A stretch of 52,604 nucleotides of DNA, from assembly GCA_010356995.1 (NCBI GenBank), contig ML996712.1:137204-189807 (forward strand). The letters are read 5' to 3'. The translations under genes were made by a program, and so were the position numbers. The notes under the pieces were generated by a model. That model was given only the letters and a program-made list of their open reading frames with translations, had not been told where the DNA came from and did no database searches. This document shows, one piece after another, positions 34,326 through 46,588 of this stretch. The first letter of the stretch is position 1, and the number at the start of each line of letters is the position of its first letter. Origin of the DNA: Trichodelitschia bisporula. Lineage: Eukaryota.

Positions 34326-37300
34326 ATGGTCAAAGTCTCGCATCTGGACTCCATCGCGTTCTTTTATCCCATTGGGAACACTCCTGCAGTCTGCTACACG
34401 CAAACCTTACCCCCAGATCTGGACACCAAAGTTGCGTTGCTGCTGCTGGGGTGTGGCGATGCACGCAGTATTTTGTTCACATTGCATTCTCATGCGACAG
34501 CAGGTAAGTTTCAACGTCATATGCGACCCCAGGTAGTTGACGAAACACATTTAGGCTCATCCACCAAGCTCGATTTCACCTGCTGTGACATCGAAGCGGA
34601 GATAATCGCCCGCAACATCCTGTTGTTCACCCTTCTCTTGGATGACAGGAACATCGAACTCATTTGGAACATCTACTACCACTTCCATGTCGACAATGAA
34701 TCCTTGGCACTCCTTCGCTCGCAAGCTCGCAAGCTGTTGTCTCTGTCAACGAGCCTCGAGTCCTGGGGCCAGTCTGCGTACGGGAGCCTCCTGCGCTTCT
34801 GTGATACGTCCACTTTCACGCGGGTGGTGCGCCTTTGGCGATTCTATAGCCTTAGTCCTTCGGATGGCGCAGCCTTCAGCCAACAGCAAAAGGAGTTGAA
34901 GGCTAGCTTCAAGACTGCGAAAGACTATCGGAAGGACGTCCCCACTCACATTTCGGGGCTCTCGTCCGCGGCTCCTTGCTCCCAACTGGCACTCGTGGAC
35001 TGGCGCAATATGGAGTCGAGCTTTTGGGAGAGTGGGGTGGCAACTGGGAGCAGGCAACTGTTTTCCAACTCCACCCTGCTCAATCCAATGTTTGGGGGGC
35101 TGCACATCAGCCTCATGCTGCACTACGGTTTACATCCGTTCCTTGGGTTTCACGCTGCGGTGGGGTACGCGAAAATTGAACCTGGGGCCGGACTCCAACC
35201 TGACAGCCCAGAATTCCAAGGCCTTTGCTCTGCTTCTCGAGCTGCCGCGACCGAATTCCGAGCGTGGGCGAAGAGCTTTCGGCAGATATCAAAGAACGTC
35301 GTTATTCGGTTTGCGTCCGCCGATGCGCTGGCGTTTTGTCACGTCCTCCAGCAGAAAGACCGGGCCGAAGGGACGTTCTGGTACCGTGACCGGTTGCATT
35401 ACGATCCGTTGGTTCTGGACTCCCCGGACTACGTGCAAGGCTCGGCACCTGCCTCCTTCGATGTGATCGATACCTCTAACCTCGTGGATCATTTGGGACT
35501 CTTGAACCTCCTTGCTGGTTGTGCGCCGCTGTTAGTCCCCGGCGCCCATTCGGCCATTTGTACGGAAACGCTAGCGAGGCTTAAAGGATCCCTGGATGTT
35601 GCCGACTCCTTGTTGATGGGCGACATGCCCACAGTTGCCTTGCTTTTTGGTGTCAAGGCAGTACCATACTGGACCAATGCATGCACGTTTTCAACCTTGC
35701 ACGTAACGAACTCTGATTCAAATCCAGGAACATATCCCGCAGGTGGGCAATGCCGCTACCCCATCGCCTGGAAAAGCATCGGGCCTTGCACTGTCAGTTG
35801 GGATCCCAAAGAGCTTGCCCAGTTCCTCTACGGGATGTACCAACGCCTGTTCCAAGATGAGAATTTCGCCTCCAGACTTTCCAGTTGTGATCCGTTTGGG
35901 CCTGGCAGTATGCGCTCAATGTTCTACACCCGGGCCGGGTTGGCCCTCATGCTCTCCAGCATCAAAAGTTTCCAGTCGGTTGACTGGAAGGCCTTCATGG
36001 AGCGCTTCATTTACCTTGTCGAGCGGGACAGGTACCTGGACATGGGCCCCCACAGCATTCAGAGCCTCCATGTACACCTGCATACCCTTGGGCTATACAC
36101 GGCTCCAACTTTCACTCCTGACATGGCGGGATTCGCAAGCAAGATTCCGCGGACCCCCCTCCACAATTGGAAGAATATTCCATCTACTTTGAGCCTCACA
36201 CTTGTCATCCCTCAGAAAAAGCTTGCCAAAATCAAGGCCAAAATGAGAGAGATCGGCACCCAGCCCTGTCAGGTCATGTTGCAGTGCTCTGATGGCCGTC
36301 AGAACTGTTTCTCGGACCTCCAGATTGGCTTCGGGGAGGTCAAAACAACTGGCTCCAAGTACACGAGTGATTTCGCCCTCACAGTGAAACCGGACCTCAA
36401 GGCGTGGCAGGGTAAGAGTCCATTGATAGTCTCCACTGTAGTGCCGACATGGACCCTTTTCTACGATGGCGACCTTTCCACGGACGTCATCTTTTTGTTC
36501 AAGTCAACCGTTCATTCTTTGCATATGCTCATACGATATGGAATTCCTGAATACACCCATACGTCGACGCTTGCAAGCAACGATGTCTTTCTCACAACCA
36601 ACCCACCCAATCTCCAAGGGTACATGCACGTCCCCTTGAAGCCGACAAGCTCTAGCGGCGTGGATGCGTCTCTCTCCCCTTCAAGTGTTCCAGATCAACA
36701 CATTGGAAAGGTTAGCTTCAACGCGTCGTTCGACTCCGGGGCCACTCGAGTCTCCAGTCTCACGGTTCACGTCGATTACACCTGTACCGAGATTGCAGAC
36801 CATCTGAGATCCAAGCAAGAAGTCAGCGTGACTCAGCCATCTCCTTTTCAAGTTGAGGTTCGCATCGGAACGACCTGCCAGCAGATACACCTGCCGCTAC
36901 CCCTCAAAATTGGCGGTAGAACTCGAGTTGCCCGAACATCATCCTACATCGATTTCATCGCCACTGTTGCGTCTCCAGGTTATCTCGCCAGCCGCCCGGA
37001 CTCCATGTTCCCGGCTATCATCTCCCACAAAATTCCAATCATTGAAAACCTCCCATACATCTTCCTCTCCTGTCATCCTATTCTGCGCTTCAAACCAAGT
37101 CCAGCAGAATGGCTCAAACCGCACGTACTCGCAACGTTTTCCCCGAAGGAGGCATTCCTCCTGGATATGGAAATCCATTCCATCCGTAGCGGCTCCCCCA
37201 ACGCCCCCATTCACCGGCCTGCTAGCGCCAATCTGCGCACATGCTTCAAAGGCGACCTCATGCACATGATCTTCCACTTCGCGGGCATCAATAACCACCG

Positions 37301-38150
37301 GCAATCGAACGTCTTCGTTCTGCAAACCCCGACTTCCAAGTTTGACAGGCTTGTCCTATTTGTCGATGCCCTGCGTCTCGATCTCAACAGTCAAACCGTG
37401 GTACTTGACGCCGCGGTGCTTAACGTAAGTGCAGAACTTGTCTCGCGCTTCGGCAACCTGCTCCGCAAGATTCCACCCGGACCGATCATTCCAGTCGCCG
37501 ACGACCAGCTCTATCTATGGAAACACGCACTCGTGGCCTGCGCCGAGCGCTGCCGCGAATGGAGCCATACGCCTGAGTGCGAGTTCTTACAACAGGGGGC
37601 GTGCGCACCCGTGTCCCTCGCGGAAGGCGAGCAATTCCTGTGCTCGTGCGGAATGGGGAAGTTCCCGGATGGCTATGCGCCGAAGGGTGTGCCGCAGTGG
37701 AACACCCTGAAGCAACATTGCGTGCGCGTCGCCATCGCGCCGGTGTACGCGGTGCCGTTCGTCGATGAGAGCCTAGAGGCCCGGACGCCGCGTGCTTCGC
37801 GAGAGGAAGAGGCGAAGTTCAAGGCTTGGATGGATATGATGAGCATGGCTATGTTTTCTGAGATGATGAGCGCGGCATGTGGAGGGGAAGAGTCCGAGAT
37901 GCGCGAGCGGGGACGGAGCATGAGGACGGGCGGGGGTGCCAGTGTGCCCCCGGAAGGGAGAGAGGTGGAGTCTGCTCCCTGCGTGGAGCGGTGCGGTGGA
38001 TGTGGGAAGGATAAGGGCGCTGCTGGGAAGGAGTTGCTTCAGTGTAAGACGTGCGGGACGAAGTACTGCTGCCGGGAGTGTCAGGTGAAAGACTGGAAGC
38101 TGAGGCATATGAAGGTGTGCAAGAAGCTGGCTGCGGAGCGGAAGGGCTGA
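34326..38150 (+). CDS. DUF4470 plus C-terminal MYND zinc-finger protein; probable 51-nt in-frame intron at 34504-34554
   Basis: FFYPIGNTPA, LLLGCGDARSILFT, DFTCCDIEAEIIARN, FDVIDTSNLVDH, ERCREWSH..C and LCSCG motifs, plus the MYND finger CGGC...CKTC...YCCRECQVKDW..HMKVC. The intron is GTAAGT...TTGAC...TTAG. Confidence 0.88.
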   Translation: MVKVSHLDSIAFFYPIGNTPAVCYTQTLPPDLDTKVALLLLGCGDARSILFTLHSHATAGKFQRHMRPQVVDETHLGSSTKLDFTCCDIEAEIIARNILLFTLLLDDRNIELIWNIYYHFHVDNESLALLRSQARKLLSLSTSLESWGQSAYGSLLRFCDTSTFTRVVRLWRFYSLSPSDGAAFSQQQKELKASFKTAKDYRKDVPTHISGLSSAAPCSQLALVDWRNMESSFWESGVATGSRQLFSNSTLLNPMFGGLHISLMLHYGLHPFLGFHAAVGYAKIEPGAGLQPDSPEFQGLCSASRAAATEFRAWAKSFRQISKNVVIRFASADALAFCHVLQQKDRAEGTFWYRDRLHYDPLVLDSPDYVQGSAPASFDVIDTSNLVDHLGLLNLLAGCAPLLVPGAHSAICTETLARLKGSLDVADSLLMGDMPTVALLFGVKAVPYWTNACTFSTLHVTNSDSNPGTYPAGGQCRYPIAWKSIGPCTVSWDPKELAQFLYGMYQRLFQDENFASRLSSCDPFGPGSMRSMFYTRAGLALMLSSIKSFQSVDWKAFMERFIYLVERDRYLDMGPHSIQSLHVHLHTLGLYTAPTFTPDMAGFASKIPRTPLHNWKNIPSTLSLTLVIPQKKLAKIKAKMREIGTQPCQVMLQCSDGRQNCFSDLQIGFGEVKTTGSKYTSDFALTVKPDLKAWQGKSPLIVSTVVPTWTLFYDGDLSTDVIFLFKSTVHSLHMLIRYGIPEYTHTSTLASNDVFLTTNPPNLQGYMHVPLKPTSSSGVDASLSPSSVPDQHIGKVSFNASFDSGATRVSSLTVHVDYTCTEIADHLRSKQEVSVTQPSPFQVEVRIGTTCQQIHLPLPLKIGGRTRVARTSSYIDFIATVASPGYLASRPDSMFPAIISHKIPIIENLPYIFLSCHPILRFKPSPAEWLKPHVLATFSPKEAFLLDMEIHSIRSGSPNAPIHRPASANLRTCFKGDLMHMIFHFAGINNHRQSNVFVLQTPTSKFDRLVLFVDALRLDLNSQTVVLDAAVLNVSAELVSRFGNLLRKIPPGPIIPVADDQLYLWKHALVACAERCREWSHTPECEFLQQGACAPVSLAEGEQFLCSCGMGKFPDGYAPKGVPQWNTLKQHCVRVAIAPVYAVPFVDESLEARTPRASREEEAKFKAWMDMMSMAMFSEMMSAACGGEESEMRERGRSMRTGGGASVPPEGREVESAPCVERCGGCGKDKGAAGKELLQCKTCGTKYCCRECQVKDWKLRHMKVCKKLAAERKG

Positions 38151-38795
38151 GCTCGGTGTGTGCGGGTGATGATGGGTTGGAGTTGACGTTGGGATTTGGT
38201 CATGGGTTGGAATCATCGTGGTATCTCAGTAGATATATTGTATGTGGTCTCAGTATTGTGACTTGGCCGGCGGCTGCTTTCCATTAGAACTAGAGTCCGC
38301 GCTCACGATCAGGACCGCACAAGGCTTTCTTCCCCATAGGCCACAGTCGATGTGCATCAAGCTTCCATATCTTTTCCAACCGTCCTCGCCTCAGCCACAC
38401 ACCCACCCCGCATCAGCCTTGTTCTTCGAGCCAATGACATGCGCGGAGACAAGATGGCACCGGCACTTGCTTCCTCGAAATCGCCTTGGCAGATCTTGGG
38501 GAGGGCATTCCCGCAAGGCATGGATGTCGATCACTCGGTATCCGACCCGTATGAGACCACATGAGCACGCGGTGAAAGACAGCTTACAGTCGTGTGGAGT
38601 GTGGGACCCTTGAGGCAGTAATCGAGGGAGAAGACGAAGCAGCTTCCATAAACTAGGGGAACCGGCGTGTCCAGTGTCAAGTGAAAGGAAGTTAATACTA
38701 TTCGCACTAGAACTAAAAGCTACAGCAAACCCGCAATCGAAAAGAACCTCAAACCTGCGCATTAAAATCCACTAGACGAAACCCCTCAAACCCCA

Positions 38796-41590
38796 TCACA
38801 CCCTCGCCTTGCCCTTCCCCTCCCCCCCCGCAGCTAGAAGAGCCAACCGACTCTCCTCCTCCGCCAAACTCAGCCTGATTGCAAGCTGCAAATCATCCTC
38901 CTCACTCCCAACCGCCCCACCCCACTCCTCTGAATCCTCCCAACTCTCCCGGTGCCCGCTAGCCTCCACCTCAGGCAACTCCTTCAACGCCCTCTCAACC
39001 TCCACCCTCTCTCTCCTCTGCTCCTCCTCATACGCCTCCCTCGACAACAACGCCGCCAACGCAAGCGCCTGCTCCTCATCCTCCACCAGTCCCACCCCAA
39101 ATCTCCCCTGAAGCCGCTTATTCAGCTGCGCCTCCTCCTTCTCCAGCGCCTCCATATCCCGCCTCTCCGTCGCAATCCAGCGATCTATCGGCCGGGGCGC
39201 CAACCACGCCCCCACCTTCGCCGCATCATTCTCCCTCCGCCTCGCCTTCTTCGCGCGCCTCTTCGCACCCTTATACGCCTCCGCGCCCTGGGCTCTGAAC
39301 CCCCAGACCCGCAAATCGCTGCCAAGCGCCACGATACCGCGCAGCACCGTCGGGTCAGGATGAAGCGAGATCGCGCCAGCAGCGAAGAAATTCACATGCT
39401 GGGCGCCGCGCGGGATGTGCGTCTGCGCCAAGCGGCGGCGCGCGCGGCTCTTGAAGCGCGAGTGCAGCGTGCGCACGGGCGTCGAGGTACTCCCCAACGG
39501 ATCCCAGGCCTGGACCAGGCCGTCGTTGCCGCCGTGAACGAGATACAATGCCGTCAGAGCCAGGGATGATATCTCGGGGGACTCGGTGACGATGGTGCGG
39601 AAGGGTTGGACGGGGAGGCCGGTGGCCGAGGAAGGGATGCGCGAGCGGATGTCCCAAATGAGGATGGTGCTTGTGGCTGCGCCCTCGCGCTTGATGCCGA
39701 CGGCGAAGAAGCGCGCGCGCTGGCCTGGGATGTCCACTGGTGGTGGCGAGCTCGACGTAGGCGTGCTGGACGGCGAGGACGACGCGGAACCGCTTGTAGA
39801 TTCTTCGGAAAGTGTGAGCGTAGCGTACATCGAGGAGTCGATGGCACAGGCCGTGATGCGCGTGTCCTGGCGTAGCAGAAGCTCTGACCTACGCCACTCA
39901 TCCACTAGAGGCGCGCGTTCGGGTGACTGCGCGGCGCTGCTGTAACCTATGGCAGAAGACTGGCGACCACGCTCCGGTCCGGGAATCGAATCGACCGACG
40001 ACGGATCAGACGGTGCATCGGTGAAAACTTTGCAGCGAGTGTAGCGCGTGACGGACGCGGCGGAGTCTTCCTGCTCGCCGCAGCCGAGCACAAGTACCGA
40101 CTCCCCGGCAAAGCGGCCGTCGTCGCCGGCAAAGTCCACCTCCAAGCGGCGCTGCATATCCCAGCCAGTACAAATAGTACGAAAATGGACCGGCTTGAGC
40201 CGCAGAAAAGCCGAAATCTCGCGAGTCTCGGCAACAATTTGCTCCGTAGTCAAACACATGCCGTCCCATGACTGGCGCGGTGTATAGCTGCTGTTGGGTG
40301 AGTCTCCGTAGGGATCCGGCCGGGCTACGCGCCGGCTCGGTTCGACCAGACTCCACGCGACAGAGCGGCCTGCAACCCAGATATTGTCGACATCTTTCGG
40401 GAACTTTGTCAAGCAATACACCTCTCCAAGGGCGTTCAGCACCACCGCCCAGATGCGGTTCTGCGCGGCTCGCTTGAGAGAGTAGTCCTCATCGACGGCA
40501 ATGGCGATGATCGGGACGCCGGGGCTTACGGCCCACTGAGCGGTCGGGTGTCCGAAGCGTCCAGCAGAAATGCGGTAAGCCGTCACGAGGCCGAGAGCTG
40601 ACCCCGACATGATGCCAATGTGGGTGAGGCTCGGGATGGAGTCCGTCTTAGCGATCCACACCGAGCATACACCATCTGTCCGTGGCACGCGAGGAACTCC
40701 AAGCTTGGGGTCCATCACCTGTCTTGGGAAGGGCATGGGACGGCCGTCAACCTTGGGCGAGAAGACTATGCCACCACCAGGCAAACCCTCTCCATATACA
40801 AAACCGTACTTGCTTGCGCCCACTACTGTCGGGTTCCATACTTCCTCACCAGCTCCAAGACCCCAGAGCGCATGCGGGGTGTCCTCAGTATGATAGTCGC
40901 GCGGGACGATTGTAGGAAAGATGCGCTCGTTTGTCCTAGTCGACAGAGTACTCATGCTATGGCTGACGTCCTGGCGCGATCCATGTATGAAGTTCGCCTT
41001 GTCGTTCAGACCCCATTCCGCCTCGATGAAGTCTACGGGTAGCGACAGGTTGGATGGGTACGTGAGGAATCCCTTGTCCTTCGAGGCAGTGGCTCCTCCA
41101 TCAGGAAACAGCGGCTTACCACGTGTAAGGGACGACATCAACCGCGTGCGCAGAACATACTCGCTCTGCCACGTCGGCTGCTGCGTGAGACGCACAAAGG
41201 AGCGCGGGCTGGCGGGAAAGAAGCGCGCAAATGCGGCCCTCCAGGCATGCGGTTCCGTAACGAGGCGGCGGAAGCGATGAGATACACCGGCACAAGCAAG
41301 TAGATCCGGTGCTGAGAGGTATGAAAGCGCGTGGATCATGAGTTCTGCAGGTCAGCATCACTCTTGAGTCACAATGGGTGCCACAAACCATTGGGCAGGC
41401 GGGCGATGCCCGCGGGGCTAACTTTCAGCGGCACAACGCGTGTGCGGCCGCCTGTCGCGGCAGATGCTCGCGACGGAGAGCCATAGGGCAGGTCATGATG
41501 GTCGACTCCATGGTGGTGGTGGGACGGGATGCTGGGGGTAACGGAAGGTTCGGGGCGCGTTGTTGAAGCTTGGAGAGGCTCTGGAAGCAT
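38796..41590 (-). CDS. F-box/WD-like protein with C-terminal UIMs (Pof10/Ufo1-like); exons 41590-41389, 41344-38796
   Basis: Intron 41388-41345 restores the F-box LPNELMIHALSYLSAPDLLACAGVSHRFRRLV. Also a WD-like LVHGGNDGLVQAWDPL and UIM-like EDEEQALALAALLSRE and EEDDLQLAIRLSLAEE. Confidence 0.85.
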
Positions 41591-41840
41591 AAAACTTGCG
41601 GTTACGAGCGGAAGGTCAGCAAACTGAGCCAGATGTCTGGATCAGTTGAGTGCGCAGGTGTTTGTGGTGGGCGATGCGTGAGGTTGCGGGGTGTGCAAGG
41701 AGGCGAGGAAGTGGTGACTAGAAGAGGGCGCGTCTCCTAAAAGTCTTCGCCAAGCCCGAGAATACGCTATGCCCGAAAGGGAATTGTGATAGTTCCGCTT
41801 GATGCTCCAAATCTATGTACATCTCATACCCGTAACGTCA

Positions 41841-44482
41841 TCACGGTACATACAGCCGCGAGTATGCCAACGTCTTCGTCCGACAGCACACACAATTGTG
41901 GAAGTTGCGCGCCGCCATGTTCACACGGCAGTCGTCGCAGAGACACAAGCACCCGCACGGCCACAACAGCACCGTCCTCGCGCTGTCCTGACAGACGACG
42001 CACAGCGGTCCCGTAGCCCCAAGGCCTTCACCCCCCGCCTCCCACGCGCCAGTTGGCCGCCGATTGCGCTTGCGCCGCTCTAGGATAAACACTTCCAGCA
42101 TATGCTCCTCCTCATCACCGGACAGCTCCCGCCGTGAAGACAGCACAGCTGCGCGCTCGTGCTGCAGACCGCGCTCGTACTGGGCCCGTGTAACGGGGCC
42201 GGTGGACCGCAGTCGGCGGGCGAGAAGGCGCGCCTCATGCTGCTCCTCGGCCGTCTTCGGGTCAAGCAGTGAGGCGAGCGTCTGGGCATCGAAGACGTTG
42301 TCGGAGACATCTTGCGTGTAGTCGTCTTGTGTGGGGGTCCGCCGGCCGTCGTCGTCTTCCATATCCTCCCACTCCGGTGTAGTGCCGCGTGAGACCACAC
42401 TGGTCAGGTCGTCGTCATCGTCGTCGTTCGGCTGATAGTCCCCGCTCGAGTCGGCCTCGCCAAACCATCCGCCCTGCTTCCACCACCCATAGAGTGCCTC
42501 ATCCACGTTCTCGGCCCCCCGCCGCCGCATCTCCGCTTCAACATCGATTGCTGGATCATTCGCACGCTGCAACTGCCCATCCGCTGAAATAACCCAGAAG
42601 TCCAGGCCGTCGTCCCTCAGCCGCGTGATCTCGCCTTGCTTGCGAGGCCCGCCCACCAGCCGCTGCAGCCACGCCGGTCGCCACCGGATGCCGACCAGAT
42701 CCAAGAACGATGTAAACAGCTTCACGTACATGCCGATGACCAGCCAAAACGTGCCACGAATGAACCGCACCGTAAGCACGAGGCGTCCCCGCGTCTGTAG
42801 CCGTGTCCCTCCCGAGGTCAACCGCACAGCCGCGGCGAGCTGTTCCCGCCCATACGCGCTCAAATGCTTCTTGTCAATCATATAAGGCGACACCACGGCC
42901 AGCTTGCCTACCATAGATTCCCGCACCTCCCTCGGGATCACTTCGCGCGTCTTGCGGCTGAGCACGCCCTGGTCGACGAGCTCCAGGAAGCGCTTCTCTT
43001 CCAGCCATGTGTGATTGCTTACCCGGAGCGTTGGTCCCTCGTTGAGGTAGACGGCCGTACTAGCGCACGTGAGCACAGTGAAACCGACCGTCAGGAGCGT
43101 CGTGTAAAAGTCGTCCGAAAGGTTGATGCGGATGGGCCGCGCGGTTGACAGGTAGATATTGGCCTGCAAGTTCTCAAACGCGGCGGCAAGACGCTGGCGC
43201 AGGGTGCCAGGCAGCGAGAGCGCGCTGATCAAGAGCGCAACGAGGTAGACTGCTCCGCAAACTGCCATCCCCAGCAGTACAACCATGTGCGGCAAGAAGC
43301 CAATGATGAAGACTGACGGAAAGCGTACCAGCCAGCGCTCGGCGACTGACTCCTGTTCCGGCCATGTCGCAAAGAGGCGCCATAAGAGCGTTCCAATGTA
43401 CGCAACTCCCCAAACGCTCGTGTTAATGAGGCGGTACTTGTGACGCAGGCCGAATACGGCGAGGATGCAGCTGCTGAGGTTGTTGAGCGTCCACAGCAGC
43501 GATGAGATCAGCGTCTCTGGCGCCACATTCATCGCCCGCCTCACCATCTTCCGACCCGCGTCGTCCGAGATAAGTTTCTCGAACGGACGGATAGCCATGG
43601 CCTCAGCCTCGGCGAAGGCCAACGACGGCTCCAGCAGGCTGACATCCGGCGAGGGTTGGCGGCCCTGCAGTGCACTGGCCAGTGTCTCAACGAAGGCGCT
43701 AAGGCAGTAGGACAGGAAAACCGGCCACAGGAGCGCCAGTGAGCCCGAGTACTTGTCTACACCGGCCATGTTGACGCGGCGGCACGAGTCTTCCTCCGTC
43801 TCCCAGAATAGCAGTGTCGAGCTAGCACGGTGTAGTAAGCCTCCTTCGCCAGCATAGTCCAGTGTGAATTGCTTCCCGTTGCGCATGGCGACCCAATTAG
43901 GCGACGTCTGGCAGCGGATGCCCTGGAGGAGCGCCTGCACTTGATACAGCAAGCTGACGATAGGCATGATATAGAGCGCAAGACGGCCAGACCAGCGGAG
44001 CGGAAGGGGAGTACGAGGTGAGGCGAAGAAGCGCGTACGGTCGACGATGACGGCCTACAATGTCAGCTTTGCTAGAGTGGAGTGGATGCACAAACCATGA
44101 CTAGAGTGAGGATGGCGTATTTCGAGGAGAGGTAGCCAAATAAGCTTCCGATGGCGCGCAGATTGGCGAGGTTGAATATGCCTGCGTCGGCGGCGTCTAC
44201 TACTTCTGCTGCTGCTGCCGTCGTGGATGCCGCTGCTGTGGCAGATGCTGCCGACGTCGCTCCCAGAAAGGAGCTCGATGAGTTTGTCATAGAAAGGTTC
44301 TTGGAGAGAGTCGGCTCCGCGATGATGCTGCCCGGATCGCGGATCTTGCCCCACAGGCCGTCGAGCTGCTCAGGGACATGAAAGAAGGCGAAGGCACCTG
44401 CGCGCTGTGCCAGCCGCGGCACTACCATGAGGAGGTCGTAAGCCCCAGCGGGAACCAGAGCCGTAACGTTCATTGCGCTCAT
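41841..44482 (-). CDS. ASI3: Asi1/Asi3-type membrane RING E3 ubiquitin ligase; exons 44482-44096, 44054-41841
   Basis: Multiple hydrophobic segments, LQGIRCQTSP and FVETLASALQGR motifs, and a C-terminal RING CVVCQ..RTVLLWPCGCLCLCDDCR...CVCCR. The 41-nt intron 44095-44055 is in phase. Confidence 0.85.
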
Positions 44483-45105
44483 GATGAAGGCGCGCCAAGT
44501 AGCAATGATAAGAGCGGAGAAGCTGATTCAGCGAACGTGGAGGGTGGCGACAGTCATGCCCATATCATTGTCGGTAACGCAGCGAAGTGTTCAAGAAACT
44601 TGGAGAACTCGGGCGATGCGCATCTGCGGGGTTGTTGTTGATGTTTGGGCACCCCAAGGCGTCACGGGTGTCAGAAAGGCGCGCGGCGAGTGGTGTTTGC
44701 CCGTCACTCCCGACGGTTGGCAACCATCTGCCATGACGCCGACACGTGAGACCCTTCTGACAGCTCTACGGTAGCGTGGGTAGTTCCCTGCAGCTCAACG
44801 CCCAAACAACTTTCACCTCCAACCTTTATGCTTTGTTGCTCTCGGCCTGTAGATCAACTGTTGCGTTCAAACTGCAGCTCGTATTCCCTTTGTCGCTCTC
44901 GTCGCATCCAATCCATACCCCGCAGCAGCAGCCACTTACTTCATGCTGCCCAACTTGGCGCATATTGTCGTGCAAAGGGCGCGTTTGTCAAGCATTTATT
45001 CTACCGTGATGCTGTAGACCGTCAAGCTATCATTTCATCTCCCGCTCACTTCCAGCTTTCCAACTCGTCTAGCTCACCTCCCCAGCTCCTCAATCAATCC
45101 CAATC

Positions 45106-45668
45106 ATGTCCATGACTTTTACCGGCGGTTGCCTCTGCGGCGCCATCCGCTACTCCATCGACTACCCCAACGACAAACTGCCGCCATCTAACGTACGATA
45201 CCCACTGCGGCCGGCCAACAGCTAACAACACAGAATGGAACCTGTCAATGCACCATGTGCCGCAAGTTCACGGGCTCTCTGCTACCGCAGAGTCTGACGG
45301 TGCAGCGCTCGTGGATTACGCCCGACATCACGACGCTTCCCACCTTCAAGACGTACCTCTCGTCAGCCAACGGCGAGCGCTCATTCTGCAGCACCTGCGG
45401 CAGCTCCCTCACTTTCAACTACCGCCGAGATGATGGCGAGATCGAGTTCTATCTCGGCACGCTGGATGAGGAGGTGCTTGCTGGGAAGATTGTTGGGGAA
45501 AAGACAGATGAAAATGGGCCACACTTTGAGCGCGAGAAGGCCCTCGGATCGCAGGTCGGCAAGGCTGCGACTCATATTTTCTACGAGAATGCTGTTCCGG
45601 ACGTCACAGACAACCTGCAAGGGAAGAAATTCTGGAGGGATCGTGCTTCAGGCAAGCCGTTTGAATGA
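45106..45668 (+). CDS. GFA/CENP-V (Mss4-like) Zn-binding domain protein; exons 45106-45192, 45234-45668
   Basis: TGGCLCGAIRY, CQCTMCRKFTG and RSFCSTCGSSL motifs. The intron is GTACGA..GCTAAC..CAG. Confidence 0.9.
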
Positions 45669-45743
45669 GGCGAGCATGACAGTCGAGTTATGAGTGACGA
45701 AAATTCATTATATTCTTCCTAGATGGCGTGGGTGATGTGTCGG

Positions 45744-46312
45744 CTACTCCCCCAACAGCTTCTTCTCAATATCCTCCAACTCCTCCGGGCTCTCCATCTC
45801 GATTATTCGGCCCACCTCGGATGTGTTGCGCACCAGCTCCTTCGCGCCAGCGTACAGCATGCGCATTTCGCCGCTCGCCGTAGTCGGAAGGTAGTAGAGC
45901 ATGACGTAGGGGACCGAGAGCCGGCCAGAGGGCTGCCTGTCAGCGCGGCCAGCGATGCGGGATGCACATACCAGTGTCAAGGGGTAGCTCAGCAGTACGT
46001 AGCGCGGGTTGTGTTCTGGCAGCTCGTCGGCCAGCTCCTGCATGTCCGTGTAGACATCGTCATCTGCCTGGGCAATCTCCATTGTCTTCTTATTGATCTG
46101 ATCTTGCTTCGTGCCGGGTCAGCCATCGACTCGCGGGTGGCAGAGGGTCGGAGAAATCGCACAGATGACTGCCTGCGGGCCTTTAGCGCGCGATGTCCCG
46201 AGGCGGAACTTGTGCAGCTTCTCCTTTGTCTCGGATGAGAAGGTGTAGAGGCGGGATTCGGACGCCTGCAGGTCAGCGAAGTTAAGATTCTGTGGCACCG
46301 AGGACGTACCAT
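45744..46312 (-). CDS. AIM7: Glia maturation factor (ADF-H family Arp2/3 regulator); exons 46312-46310, 46265-46163, 46102-45972, 45932-45744
   Basis: M|ASESRLYTFSSETKEKLHKFRLGTSRAKGPQAVIYQINKKT...ELADELPEHNPRYVLLSYPLTLPSGRLSVPYVMLYYLP...MLYAGAKEL. The first coding exon is ATG only, and intron 2 has an AAG acceptor. Confidence 0.9.
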
Positions 46313-46588
46313 TTTGGACGGGTACTATGCAAAGCTTGACGTAAGACAACTTGAGAATGTGCGGTACAAGATTTGGCACAGGTCAAAGAAAGACGAGATG
46401 AGCAGCAGGCAGCTCACTCGACATCTCCCGTCAAAGTGGGCGTGGTGGGGTAGTGGGGCGTGTGGGGGCTGACAAGCCACAACGGCGCCCTATCAGCCAC
46501 ACAGATGTCAACTCCACGTCAACATCACCATTTGCATTCATTCTGCTCATCCTCCACCCGCTTATATACAATCCACATTCTGTCACGA

